Made by a program: the position numbers and the translations under genes | Notes under the pieces: model-generated | Database searches by the model: none | What the model was told of the DNA's origin: nothing | Seen by the model: the letters and a program-made list of their open reading frames with translations, nothing else | From: Pseudomonadota bacterium | GTDB lineage: Bacteria > Campylobacterota > Campylobacteria > Campylobacterales > Sulfurimonadaceae | Direction: 5' to 3' | Length of the DNA: 64,000 nt | Assembly: GCA_043797085.1 (NCBI GenBank) | Contig: JAZDQA010000013.1 | Location: forward strand, 64,001 to 128,000 | Part shown: piece after piece, positions 9,598 through 19,195 of the stretch | Position numbering within the stretch: the first letter of the stretch is position 1 | Layout of the letters: each line of letters begins with the position of its first letter

Positions 9598-11835
9598 ATG
9601 AAAACACTCATCGGTCAAATCGATAAAATCATCTACGAAAACGGCGGTTTTTTTATCGCTGCTCTCAAAAGCGGTGAAAAAATCAGTGCTCATTACCATG
9701 AGAGTGATGTAGAAAATCTCAAAGATGCCGCCATCACTCTCAAGGGTGAATGGGAAGTTCATAAAAACTACGGCAAAACCTTCAATGCGCAATCCCTCAC
9801 CGTCAATCAAAACGAACTCTTCTTTTTTCTCAACCGCGTTGTCAAAGGATTTACCAAAAAACTCACCGCCGAGCTGATCGAAAAATATGGTCAAGAGGGA
9901 CTGGTTGAGATTTTAGAAAATAATATTGAGCAGCTTTTGGAAATCAAAGGAATGAATGAAAAACGGCTGGAGCGGTTGGCAAACGGCTGGAAACAATTTC
10001 GCTCCATGCGCCTTTTGGGAGAGTTTTTAGCTCCATTTGGTGTTACACCAATCCTCCTGCGTCTCATAGCAACTGCTATGAAAGAAGTCAAAAATCCCAT
10101 CGAGGCCATCCAAAAAAATCCATACACTCTTATGCGAATACATGGTATCGGCTTTAAAAAAGCGGATGAGATTGCATTAAACATGAAACTCCATCATCAT
10201 GATCCCAGACGTATACAAGCGGCGATGGAATTTACCCTCAGCGAATATTGCGACCAAGAGGGAAACAGCTGTATCGAAAAAAATATCCTCTTTATGAAGC
10301 TCGACGGATTGCTCAATTTAGGAAATAATGGTGTCTATGAAGAGGCTTTACTGGACAGAATCAACGAGGGAAGTATCGTTGTTTTATCCAGTGGAAAACT
10401 CGCACTTGATCGCATTTATGAAGCAGAAAAATTTTTAGTGGATAATTTTAGGAAACGAACCAAAATATCAGACCAATGTCTCACCGGTGATTTGGAGTCT
10501 TTTTTAAGCGAACATTCTCTGACTTTGGGTGAGCAACAGAAAAGTGCTTTAGAACGGATCAATCTAGGATGCAAATTGCTGCTCCTCGTAGGCTATGCCG
10601 GAACGGGGAAAAGTACCACGGCTAAAGCTCTTTTAGATTTGTTGAACACGCGCTACACGAGAGAAACAATCATCACATGTGCTCTAAGCGGTATCGCATC
10701 TCAACGGATTAAAGAGCGAAGCGGATATGAGAGTGCCACCATCCAAAGTCTCTTGGTCAAATTTGAAAGTCAGGATAAGATGCCGTACAATGTTGTCCTT
10801 ATCGACGAAGCTTCCATGATTAACTCCCTTCTGTTTGCACGGCTTGTTTCTAAAATCGACTCTGATGCTACCATCATCATCGTGGGTGATGACGCACAAC
10901 TTCCCCCTATCGGTGCTGGAAGTCCATTGAGTGATTTTATTGCTCTGGGCATCGCTCCTACCGTTACCCTTACCCACATCTATCGCCAACGCTCCGACCA
11001 AGCTATCGCCCTCATCGCCAATGACGTACGTCAAGGAGTTATTCCTGCCTATGGCGATGTTTATGATGATTTTACTTTTACCCCTGTTGATATTTCCAAC
11101 CGATACGCTCTCAAACAAAACCTAAGCGGCAGCGAATTTGACGAAGTTGTACAGACCAATACTCAAAACATTTTAGCTTCCATCGCACAAGCTGCGCTCA
11201 CTCATCTAAGTGTTTCTCGCACCTATCTTGAAACCAAAAAAATCAAAGAATATCTCAACCATTTTCAAGTCATTTCTCCCATGAGAGGACATGCACTTGG
11301 TGTGGAGAATCTCAATATCCTACTACAAGAATATTTTAATCCCAATCCAAAAAAAAAGATAAAAACCCATAAAGGTGAATTTCGTCTCTTTGATAAAGTC
11401 GTTCATATCCGCAATGAAAATATGCCCACTCATACGACGGATGAGTTCAAAGAGCAAAGCGATCCTCTGGAGCGACGGATATTCAACGGCATGTGTGGAT
11501 TGCTTTTTAAAATCGATGAAGAAGAGGAAGTGTGCAGTGTTTATTACCCCAATGAAGAGCTGATTGTTCACTATACCTATGAAAAAGTACGTGATTTACT
11601 CAGTCTCTCGTATGCGCTAAGTGTCCATAAAGTTCAAGGGATGGAGTATGAAAATATCGTGATGGTAATGAGCTTCTCACACCTTATTATGCTGAATACC
11701 AAACTCCTCTATACGGCTATCACAAGGGCAAAAAAACACTGTACCATCATCGGTGAGTCTTCAGCATTTGAAGTTGCATGCAAACGGCTTGAAAACACCA
11801 AACGTCAAACAGTAATGCAAGAATTGGAACGATAA
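9598..11835 (+). CDS. recD2: RecD2-like SF1B helicase
   Basis: HhH motif GIGFKKAD, Walker A GYAGTGKS, IDEASM, VGDDAQLPPIG, YALSVHKVQG, LYTAITRAK. Confidence 0.85.
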   Translation: MKTLIGQIDKIIYENGGFFIAALKSGEKISAHYHESDVENLKDAAITLKGEWEVHKNYGKTFNAQSLTVNQNELFFFLNRVVKGFTKKLTAELIEKYGQEGLVEILENNIEQLLEIKGMNEKRLERLANGWKQFRSMRLLGEFLAPFGVTPILLRLIATAMKEVKNPIEAIQKNPYTLMRIHGIGFKKADEIALNMKLHHHDPRRIQAAMEFTLSEYCDQEGNSCIEKNILFMKLDGLLNLGNNGVYEEALLDRINEGSIVVLSSGKLALDRIYEAEKFLVDNFRKRTKISDQCLTGDLESFLSEHSLTLGEQQKSALERINLGCKLLLLVGYAGTGKSTTAKALLDLLNTRYTRETIITCALSGIASQRIKERSGYESATIQSLLVKFESQDKMPYNVVLIDEASMINSLLFARLVSKIDSDATIIIVGDDAQLPPIGAGSPLSDFIALGIAPTVTLTHIYRQRSDQAIALIANDVRQGVIPAYGDVYDDFTFTPVDISNRYALKQNLSGSEFDEVVQTNTQNILASIAQAALTHLSVSRTYLETKKIKEYLNHFQVISPMRGHALGVENLNILLQEYFNPNPKKKIKTHKGEFRLFDKVVHIRNENMPTHTTDEFKEQSDPLERRIFNGMCGLLFKIDEEEEVCSVYYPNEELIVHYTYEKVRDLLSLSYALSVHKVQGMEYENIVMVMSFSHLIMLNTKLLYTAITRAKKHCTIIGESSAFEVACKRLENTKRQTVMQELER

Positions 11836-11907
11836 TAGAGGAAAATAATTCTCCGTTAGTTAAACTATGCTACAATATATGATTATTTTAATTATAAGGA
11901 GAGTCTC

Positions 11908-12927
11908 ATGAAAATCTTATTACTTAGCGCTCTTGTAGCAACAGCGGTTATTGGTGCTTCATTAGCCGATGAAGCCAAAACAGCGGGGTTAAAACCAATC
12001 CCTTCTAATGCAAAAGCACTTGAAAAACTCACTTCTAATCCTAAAAATCCTACAACAGCAGCAAAAATTGAGCTAGGGAAAATGCTTTATTTTGAGCCTC
12101 GCCTCTCTAAAAGCGGTCTCATTAGCTGTAACACCTGTCATAACTTGGCCATCGGTGGTGTTGATGGTATGAGTGCCGCAATCGGACATAAATGGACGGC
12201 TAACCCGCATCATTTGAGCTCTCCTACTGTTTATAATGCAGTATTTTACAGCCAGCAATTTTGGGATGGACGAAGCCCTCACCTCGAAGACCAAGCACAG
12301 GGTCCTATGCAAGCAGGTCCTGAAATGGCAGCACCAAAAGACCATGTAGCAGGTGTTGTTACGTCTATGCCTCAATACGTTAGCATGTTCCAAAAAGCGT
12401 ATGGCAAAGATGTCAAAATTACCTTTGAAAAAATCGCGGACACTATCGCTGTATATGAGCGTACATTGGTCACTCCATCACGTTATGATGCGTTCTTAAG
12501 CGGTAACAAAAAAGCACTTACAGCTCCAGAACAAAAAGGGCTTAAAACGTTTATCGATAAAGGATGCGCAACGTGTCATAACGACATCGCATTGGGCGGA
12601 ACGATGAATGCATTCAACGTGACGGCTCAGTATAAACATATGAATGTCGGTGATTTCAAAGGCGATGCAAATGGAATGGTACGTGTACCAACATTGCGTA
12701 ACATTACCGAAACAGCACCTTACTTTCATAACGGTCAAATTGCAACCCTTAGCGAAGCGATAAAAGAAATGGGTCGTATTCAATTGGGTGCTGATCTAAA
12801 CGATAAAGAAACAGCTGAGATTGAAACTTTCCTCAAATCACTCGAAGGCAAAAAACCAGCCGTTATCTACCCAATGCTTCCAACATCTACGGCTAAAACT
12901 CCGAAAGTGGACGTTATTAACAACTAA
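11908..12927 (+). CDS. ccpA: Di-haem cytochrome c peroxidase
   Basis: Signal peptide; CNTCH and CATCH; QFWDGR; VPTLRNI..TAPYFHNG. Confidence 0.92.
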   Translation: MKILLLSALVATAVIGASLADEAKTAGLKPIPSNAKALEKLTSNPKNPTTAAKIELGKMLYFEPRLSKSGLISCNTCHNLAIGGVDGMSAAIGHKWTANPHHLSSPTVYNAVFYSQQFWDGRSPHLEDQAQGPMQAGPEMAAPKDHVAGVVTSMPQYVSMFQKAYGKDVKITFEKIADTIAVYERTLVTPSRYDAFLSGNKKALTAPEQKGLKTFIDKGCATCHNDIALGGTMNAFNVTAQYKHMNVGDFKGDANGMVRVPTLRNITETAPYFHNGQIATLSEAIKEMGRIQLGADLNDKETAEIETFLKSLEGKKPAVIYPMLPTSTAKTPKVDVINN

Positions 12928-12939
12928 TCTACTACCTCT

Positions 12940-12968
12940 CGTCACTCCTCGCCTACGCGGGAGTGACG
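12940..12968. terminator. GC-rich hairpin between convergent genes (bidirectional terminator or REP-like)
   Basis: CGTCACTCCTCGC-CTAC-GCGGGAGTGACG. Confidence 0.6.
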
Positions 12969-12969
12969 G

Positions 12970-13647
12970 CTACTGACACTCTATCCCCGCAAACTCTTTT
13001 TGATATTCTTTGCAATCACTCTTTGGAATCTGTAACAGCTTCGGATTTTTAATCGGATCAAGCCAACGTAACATCTCTAAAAGCGGTTTTTCATCCATTG
13101 CGGTACATCCTGACGTTGGACGATAATCGAGACGATTTAGATGAAAAAAGATGCAAGAACCTCTCCCTTTTTCACCCAGTCGGTTATGCTCGATAACTGC
13201 ACCATAACGATAAAGCTCATCACTACGATGCATATTTTCAAAACTTTTTGGAGGATTTAATGGATTTAAAAGAGTCATCTTATTGTAAAAGCGATCATTA
13301 ACGTCGTCTACGCAAATTAAATTTTCATCCGCATACAAATAAGGCATTGAAGAATTGGTTTCGAGTCCATATCCGAATGTTGATCCTATCTCAAACACTC
13401 CGGCAGGACTGCGCCCGTCTCCTTCGTTTTTTTGCGGTTGACGCTCTTGCGCCCAACCCAGTCCATTACGCCCAAGAGTTACCCTAATCCCCTCGCCAAT
13501 CTTGCTCCAAGTGCCCTCTTTTTCATACCGCTGCAAGATGCCATGCGTTGAATTGAGTTCAGGTGAAACCACAACAACAAGCTGCTGTGATCCCCATATA
13601 GATGCCGTTATGATAAAAATAAAAATAAATGAAGTGAATTTAGACAT
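12970..13647 (-). CDS. Exported YkuD-like L,D-transpeptidase/carboxypeptidase
   Basis: Signal peptide; KNEGDGRSPAG; GSCIFFH...PTSGC catalytic His/Cys. Confidence 0.75.
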   Translation of the reverse strand: MSKFTSFIFIFIITASIWGSQQLVVVVSPELNSTHGILQRYEKEGTWSKIGEGIRVTLGRNGLGWAQERQPQKNEGDGRSPAGVFEIGSTFGYGLETNSSMPYLYADENLICVDDVNDRFYNKMTLLNPLNPPKSFENMHRSDELYRYGAVIEHNRLGEKGRGSCIFFHLNRLDYRPTSGCTAMDEKPLLEMLRWLDPIKNPKLLQIPKSDCKEYQKEFAGIECQ

Positions 13648-13695
13648 ATTTCCAGCTCGAACTTAGTTTGTTTTAAAGTTAGGTAGTATAGCATA

Positions 13696-14343
13696 ATGAA
13701 AATCATGGGGGTACAGGGAATGAGCATAACCATTCGAAAAGCCGAAGAAGCGGACGCACCATTTATAGCTAAAGCTCTTTTGGAAAGTTCCCGTTCTGGA
13801 AAAAAAGTAGGAATATTCGATTATATTTTTAATACTAATGATGAAAAACAACTTTTAGAATTTCTTCAAAAATTTACATTGACTACTACCAAAAGCTATT
13901 GTCATTTTTCTAACTTTATGATCGCTGTAGTGAGAGGCAAAAGCGTTGGAACCATTTGCGGTTACGAACCGCGTATTGCAACCCATGATATTTTTGCACG
14001 TGCTCTTGAAGAAGTCGGTATTGATGAATCATATCATGAACGAATCGCGGGTTATTTACTGTGTGAACCCGAAATCGACAATAAAACTTGGGTATGTGAT
14101 TTTATGGTGATTGATCCTGAATATAAAAGTTTTGAAATTCTCAAAGAGTTGGTGGGTAAAAGCATGCTCACCGCACGACTCAAAGGATACCGAAAAGTAC
14201 AAACGATGATCGAGATAGGGTCGGCTGAAACAGAACTTATTTATAAAAAATTAGGCTTCAGTGTCATTGATGAAAAAAGAAGTGACTATTACGAAGAACA
14301 GTTTGGACGTGCAGGCTTAATGCGACTGCAAGTCATACTCTAA
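13696..14343 (+). CDS. GNAT-family N-acetyltransferase (start may be 13720)
   Basis: ITIRKAEEADAPFIA beta1 motif; YKKLGF C-terminal GNAT motif. Confidence 0.65.
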   Translation: MKIMGVQGMSITIRKAEEADAPFIAKALLESSRSGKKVGIFDYIFNTNDEKQLLEFLQKFTLTTTKSYCHFSNFMIAVVRGKSVGTICGYEPRIATHDIFARALEEVGIDESYHERIAGYLLCEPEIDNKTWVCDFMVIDPEYKSFEILKELVGKSMLTARLKGYRKVQTMIEIGSAETELIYKKLGFSVIDEKRSDYYEEQFGRAGLMRLQVIL

Positions 14344-14353
14344 GGACTTCCAA

Positions 14354-15727
14354 ATCGAATTTGGTCTTCTAGGGCTGCTCCCTCCTTTTATTGCTATTGT
14401 CCTTGCTCTCTTTAGTCGTTCAGTTTTCATAGCACTCATCGCCGCCATTCTCGTTGGAGAATTCATCATTGCCGGTTTTCATCCACTCCCGATACTCATC
14501 CATCTTTTTGAACGATTTTGGGGACTTTTGAGCGAGTTATGGGTACTTAAAACTTTAGCATTTGCTTTGATGGTAGGATCTGTTATGAGCCTTATCGAGC
14601 GTAGCGGGGGAGTTAATGGATTGGTTCATGAGCTCAGCACCAAACGCTCTCTTGTCAGTTCTAAACGCGGTGCCTTAATGCCCAGTTTTATCGCAGGGCT
14701 TATTATCTTTATAGAATCTTCCATTACCTCCCTTGTGGCAGGGGCTATCGGACGACCATTTTGCGATAAATATGGAATTAGTCGTGCGAAACTTGCATTT
14801 GTGTGTGACTCTACTTCAGCCCCCGTATGCTCCATCATTGCTATCAACGGTTGGGGAGCATTGCTTTTGGGACTCATCGGGGGTCAGATCACAGCAGGGC
14901 TTATCGCCGGAGAAGAGGCTGGCTGGCTTATCAGCGCTATCGGCTACAATTTTTACGCCTACATCGCCCTCATCGTCACCTTTTTTACCATCTGGTACAA
15001 CATCGATATTGGTCCCATGAAACACGCTGCCATCACTGAACCTTCCATAGAGTGTGATGATGAGCAAGGTTCCGTTGGTCTTTTCGTATGGCCGATGGTG
15101 TGGATGATTGGCGGAGTACTGATTTTTATGTTTATCACGGGAGATGGAAATTTACTCAAAGGGTCGGGATCAAGCTCTATTTTTTATACCCTTATAGTAA
15201 CGTTACTCATGATGTATGGCTATTATCGATTTAAAAATGCCATGAATACAACTGACTTTATCAGCTTTGCATTCCAAGGAGCCAAATCAATGGCACCGAT
15301 TGCTTCGATACTGCTTCTCGCATTTGCCATCGGCGGTGTAAGCTCAGACATGCAAGTGGGGCATTACCTCGCTAGCTTCATCGGGGATTATCTCCCCAGT
15401 GCCTATCTGCCTGCTGCGATTTTTGTCCTTAGTGCCATCATCGCCTTTGCTACGGGAACGAGTTGGGGAACATTTAGTATTATGCTCCCTATCGCTGTTC
15501 CTCTCGCCGTGGGTCTGGATGCTCCGGTGGCATTGGCTATGGGTGCGGTTATCTCAGGAGGCGTTTTTGGCGATCACTGTTCCCCTATTTCCGATACCAC
15601 TATCATTTCTGCCATGGCAAGCGGATGCAGTGTCCAAGAACATACGAAAACCCAACTTCCCTATGCACTTATCTCCGCAACGGTTGCACTACTTTTATTT
15701 ATCGTTGTCGGATTGATCCTTTCCTAA
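14354..15727 (+). CDS. NhaC-family Na+/H+ antiporter or amino-acid transporter; probable ATC start at 14354 (ORF track starts at TTG 14528)
   Basis: CDSTSAP, FATGTSWGTF, GGVFGDHCSPISDTTI. The frame is open upstream, encoding (I)EFGLLGLLPPFIAIVLALFSR, with AAGGA 7 nt before ATC. Confidence 0.8.
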   Translation: MEFGLLGLLPPFIAIVLALFSRSVFIALIAAILVGEFIIAGFHPLPILIHLFERFWGLLSELWVLKTLAFALMVGSVMSLIERSGGVNGLVHELSTKRSLVSSKRGALMPSFIAGLIIFIESSITSLVAGAIGRPFCDKYGISRAKLAFVCDSTSAPVCSIIAINGWGALLLGLIGGQITAGLIAGEEAGWLISAIGYNFYAYIALIVTFFTIWYNIDIGPMKHAAITEPSIECDDEQGSVGLFVWPMVWMIGGVLIFMFITGDGNLLKGSGSSSIFYTLIVTLLMMYGYYRFKNAMNTTDFISFAFQGAKSMAPIASILLLAFAIGGVSSDMQVGHYLASFIGDYLPSAYLPAAIFVLSAIIAFATGTSWGTFSIMLPIAVPLAVGLDAPVALAMGAVISGGVFGDHCSPISDTTIISAMASGCSVQEHTKTQLPYALISATVALLLFIVVGLILS

Positions 15728-15730
15728 TGC

Positions 15731-15763
15731 GCTAATACTTCACTAACTCTTCTATATTAAAAT
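15731..15763 (+). promoter_or_regulatory. Putative promoter with 11-bp-period direct repeat (OmpR-type box) upstream of a -10
   Basis: GCTAATACTTC-ACTAACTCTTC then TAAAAT, upstream of 15792. Confidence 0.4.
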
Positions 15764-15791
15764 TTTCCTATCTAAAAAATGGGAGCAAACC

Positions 15792-17042
15792 ATGAAATTT
15801 TCAAAAAAAATAGCGTCTCTGTCACTTGCAGTATCCGTTGCAGTTTTATTAGCAGGATGCGGCGAAGGTGATGACACGACCAGTACCGTCAAAGGAACCG
15901 ATACAACGACAACCCTAAGCGGAACAGTTGCGGATGGGTATCTTGTCGGAGCAAAAGTTTGTATCGATAAAAACTTCAATGATGTTTGTGACGCAGATGA
16001 ACCATTTGCGATTACAGATAATGGCGGACGCTATACATTAGCGCTTTCATCCATGGAAGCAACTGGCTTTCCAATAATCGTTGAAGCGGATGAAAACACC
16101 ATTGACTTGGATACGAATACTAGAATTGGTGAAAAATGGCACTTCAAAGCAGTAGCTGGGAATAGCAGCTTTATCTCTCCTTTGAGCACCTTGGTTGCAC
16201 AAGAGATGGAATTAAATACATCATTGACACTTGAACAAGCGATGCTTAATCTGCAAACCGAACTGGGCATTGATATTAATAGTACTGTAGACTATGTTGC
16301 TGCCAATAATACCAAAGCGCACAATGCGGCAAAAATTATTGCTAAATCATTAGCAAATACAGAAAAATTATTAACTGCAGCTACAACTATCACAGAATCT
16401 CCTATTCTCGCAGCATCCGCTACGGTCGCAACATCTACTTCGAATACACGTACCATTCGTTTGCTTGCTGCTCGACAAGTACGTTCTCAAACAGCTGCGA
16501 TAAAAGTGGCTGCTGAAGCCAATGATACTGCCTTTCTTACCGACGTCAATACTGCAGATGTAACTGCACAAGTTAGTGAATTGAGCGCATCACTGGAATC
16601 CTCATTAGCGCAAGAGATTAAAGAGGGTCTTCTTTTTATGTATCAAGAAGAAAAAGTAGCCCGTGATGTTTACAACGTATTAGGTCAAAAGTACCCGTCA
16701 GCAAAAACGTTTGCCAATATTCAGCTTTCAGAACAAAAGCATATTGATGCCGTTGAAAATTTATGTATAAAATATGGTGTTGATATTTCAAACGTCAATG
16801 AAACTGCCGTCGGTGAATTTATTTTGCCAGAGTTGCAAACGTTATACAATACCCTCATTCAACAAGGCAATATCTCGCTCACCCAAGCTTATAAAGTAGG
16901 ACAGGCTATCGAGATCAAAGACATTGAAGATATAGATGTGCGTTTAAGCGCCACAAATTTGCCCTCAGACATCCGAACGGTCTATGAAAGTTTACGTGCT
17001 GGCAGTGAAAGTCATCTTACGGCGTTTAACAAGCAACTCTAA
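15792..17042 (+). CDS. Lipoprotein with C-terminal DUF2202-like ferritin-like domain
   Basis: Lipobox LAG-C; SGTVADGYLVGAKVCIDKNFNDVCDADEP beta domain; C-terminal EEKVARDVY, SEQKH, EIKDIED, SESH. Confidence 0.75.
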   Translation: MKFSKKIASLSLAVSVAVLLAGCGEGDDTTSTVKGTDTTTTLSGTVADGYLVGAKVCIDKNFNDVCDADEPFAITDNGGRYTLALSSMEATGFPIIVEADENTIDLDTNTRIGEKWHFKAVAGNSSFISPLSTLVAQEMELNTSLTLEQAMLNLQTELGIDINSTVDYVAANNTKAHNAAKIIAKSLANTEKLLTAATTITESPILAASATVATSTSNTRTIRLLAARQVRSQTAAIKVAAEANDTAFLTDVNTADVTAQVSELSASLESSLAQEIKEGLLFMYQEEKVARDVYNVLGQKYPSAKTFANIQLSEQKHIDAVENLCIKYGVDISNVNETAVGEFILPELQTLYNTLIQQGNISLTQAYKVGQAIEIKDIEDIDVRLSATNLPSDIRTVYESLRAGSESHLTAFNKQL

Positions 17043-17083
17043 AAATATTAACTATAATATAACGTAACGCGAAGGAGGAAGTT

Positions 17084-17716
17084 TTGAAGATTTTATTGCT
17101 TGAAGATGATATCCTCCTTGGTGAAACACTTGAAGAGATGCTTACAGAGGCTCATTACGGTGTCCATTGGGTCAAAGATGGTGAAGAGGCTGCTGCGGCG
17201 ACCTTCGATACGGTTTATGATCTTTATATTTTGGACATCAACGTTCCAAAGATCAATGGATTTCAGCTGCTTGAAGAGCTTCGTGCAGCAGGTGATAATA
17301 CCCGCGTCATTTTTATCAGTGCGATGAGTGATATGGCGTCGATTTCCAAAGGGTTTCGTTTGGGTGCAGACGATTATCTCAAAAAACCGTTTTTTCCTGA
17401 AGAATTACTCGTACGCATTGATGCGAAATTTACTCAATTTCAAAAAGTTATTCAACATGGAGAGATTAGCTTTAATCCTCAGAATAATGAAGTACATAAA
17501 GAAGGGCGTCTTATCACGCTTGGAGATGTTCAGCTTCCAATGTTGCGAATTTTTATCCAAAATATCGGCAGAACGCTCACAAAAGAGACGCTGTTTGATT
17601 TAATGGAACACCCAAGCGACAGTGCACTGCGTGTCGCTATTAATAAGCTTAAAACTACGACAAATTGGGAAATTCAAAACATACGTGCAGTGGGGTATCG
17701 CCTTGAAACACGCTGA
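17084..17716 (+). CDS. OmpR-family response regulator
   Basis: KILLLEDD, LDINVP, GADDYLKKPF, C-terminal IRAVGYRL; TTG start after AAGGAGG. Confidence 0.92.
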   Translation: MKILLLEDDILLGETLEEMLTEAHYGVHWVKDGEEAAAATFDTVYDLYILDINVPKINGFQLLEELRAAGDNTRVIFISAMSDMASISKGFRLGADDYLKKPFFPEELLVRIDAKFTQFQKVIQHGEISFNPQNNEVHKEGRLITLGDVQLPMLRIFIQNIGRTLTKETLFDLMEHPSDSALRVAINKLKTTTNWEIQNIRAVGYRLETR

Positions 17717-18755
17717 AACAGAGTCGTTTATCAAAAGTTTTTTGGTTTTTTTCATCTCCTTGTCTCTCTTGAGCGGCTTGCTTTTTTGGTTTGAATATAC
17801 CCAAAAGCGTCATGCGCTCAAAGAGGCTGTTTTCAATGAGATGAAAGTGTGCAGTTTTGATCTCAAGTGTCAACAATTCACGTTTGATTTTGCACCTTTA
17901 CAGACGGCAACACTTTATGTACTCACTCAAGACAAGAGCGGATACTATGCCCTTTTTTCTATTCCCAGCAGTAAATATGCGTTAAAACTGCATCTTTCTC
18001 AGGAATATTTCGATGCACGGCTGCATCAAACACAAAACTCGTTGCTTCAAGCTTTTTTGATGACCCTTTTGATTTTAGCAATTATCTCTGCTCTCTTTTC
18101 ATTTTATACCCTCCATCCATTGAGAAAGGCATTGCGTTTAACTCAAGAGTTTAGCCGTGATATTCTTCATGATTTTAATACGCCCCTTTCAAGTCTAAGA
18201 CTAAATGTCAGCCTCTTAAATGTCTCCGAAAGTGAAAGCAAAAAAATCCGGCGTATCGAGCGAAGTATTCAGACGATGATTTCACTGGGGGACAATTTAC
18301 GCAGTTATCTCGAAGGTCACTCCTTGCAAAAAAAGAGTATCGATTTACGTACGTTAGTCGAAGATCGTGTAACAGCGATTCAAAAGCTTTATCCCTCTGT
18401 CTCTTTTATTCTTGATCCTTCCACCCTCTCAATCAACACAAATCCGGATGCTATCACTCGAATATTGGACAACCTTTTGAGTAATGCGTGCAAATACAAC
18501 AAAGAAAACGGCTCCGTATGGATATCCATCCATTCTGCTACAAAAACACTTCATATTGATGATAACGGCAAAGGGATTGAAAATCCTGAAAAAATATTCG
18601 ACCGTTTTTACAAAGAGCATGAAAGAGGTTTGGGACTTGGATTGCACATCGTTAAAAAACTGTGTGACGAACTCAAAATTCCCATTTATGTTAAAAGTAT
18701 TTTACATCAAGGGACAAAGTTTACCCTCGATTTACACACAATAGTACATCAGTAA
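17703..18755 (+). CDS. Sensor histidine kinase
   Basis: Two TM segments, H-box ILHDFNTPL, NLLSNACKY, DNGKGI, GLGLGL. Likely TTG start 17703 overlaps the regulator. Confidence 0.9.
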   Translation: MKHAETESFIKSFLVFFISLSLLSGLLFWFEYTQKRHALKEAVFNEMKVCSFDLKCQQFTFDFAPLQTATLYVLTQDKSGYYALFSIPSSKYALKLHLSQEYFDARLHQTQNSLLQAFLMTLLILAIISALFSFYTLHPLRKALRLTQEFSRDILHDFNTPLSSLRLNVSLLNVSESESKKIRRIERSIQTMISLGDNLRSYLEGHSLQKKSIDLRTLVEDRVTAIQKLYPSVSFILDPSTLSINTNPDAITRILDNLLSNACKYNKENGSVWISIHSATKTLHIDDNGKGIENPEKIFDRFYKEHERGLGLGLHIVKKLCDELKIPIYVKSILHQGTKFTLDLHTIVHQ

Positions 18756-18781
18756 TTTTTCTAGGGTATCATAATACTTAA

Positions 18782-18828
18782 TATTATGCATTTTGAATTC
18801 TCAAGAAAATCATTCAAAATGCGTAATA
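18782..18828. repeat. 17-bp stem hairpin with 13-nt loop
   Basis: TATTATGCATTTTGAAT ... ATTCAAAATGCGTAATA (16/17); contains the 18-mer also found at 2204-2221. Confidence 0.6.
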
Positions 18829-18860
18829 CTAGATAATAATTTAAATACAAAGGAGTGTCT

Positions 18861-19193
18861 ATGAAATTTTTACCTTTTTTAACTACGCTGATGCTTTTAG
18901 TATCAGTTGCCCAATGTGAGAGTATTATCGATACCCAAATTGATCAAATCATGAAAGCACCTGCGAATGAGCGATATGAGCTGATGAATCAACTCAAAAC
19001 AAAGATTGCAACGATGAATGAAACCGAAAGAAATGAAGCTTTGCAAAAGCTCCAAGGCGGTATGGGCAAGGGTATGAGTAAAGGTTCACAAAATAATTTC
19101 TCCGGTATACCGATGCAACAGATGAATCGAAACGGCTCAGCACAGCGTCAAATGAATACCAATACGCAGCAAAATTTTCAAAATCGACGCTAA
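18861..19193 (+). CDS. Small exported helical protein with Met/Gln/Asn-rich tail
   Basis: AAGGAG RBS, signal peptide, ERYELMNQLK..MNETERNEALQKLQ helices, low-complexity tail. Confidence 0.7.
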   Translation: MKFLPFLTTLMLLVSVAQCESIIDTQIDQIMKAPANERYELMNQLKTKIATMNETERNEALQKLQGGMGKGMSKGSQNNFSGIPMQQMNRNGSAQRQMNTNTQQNFQNRR

Positions 19194-19195
19194 AA

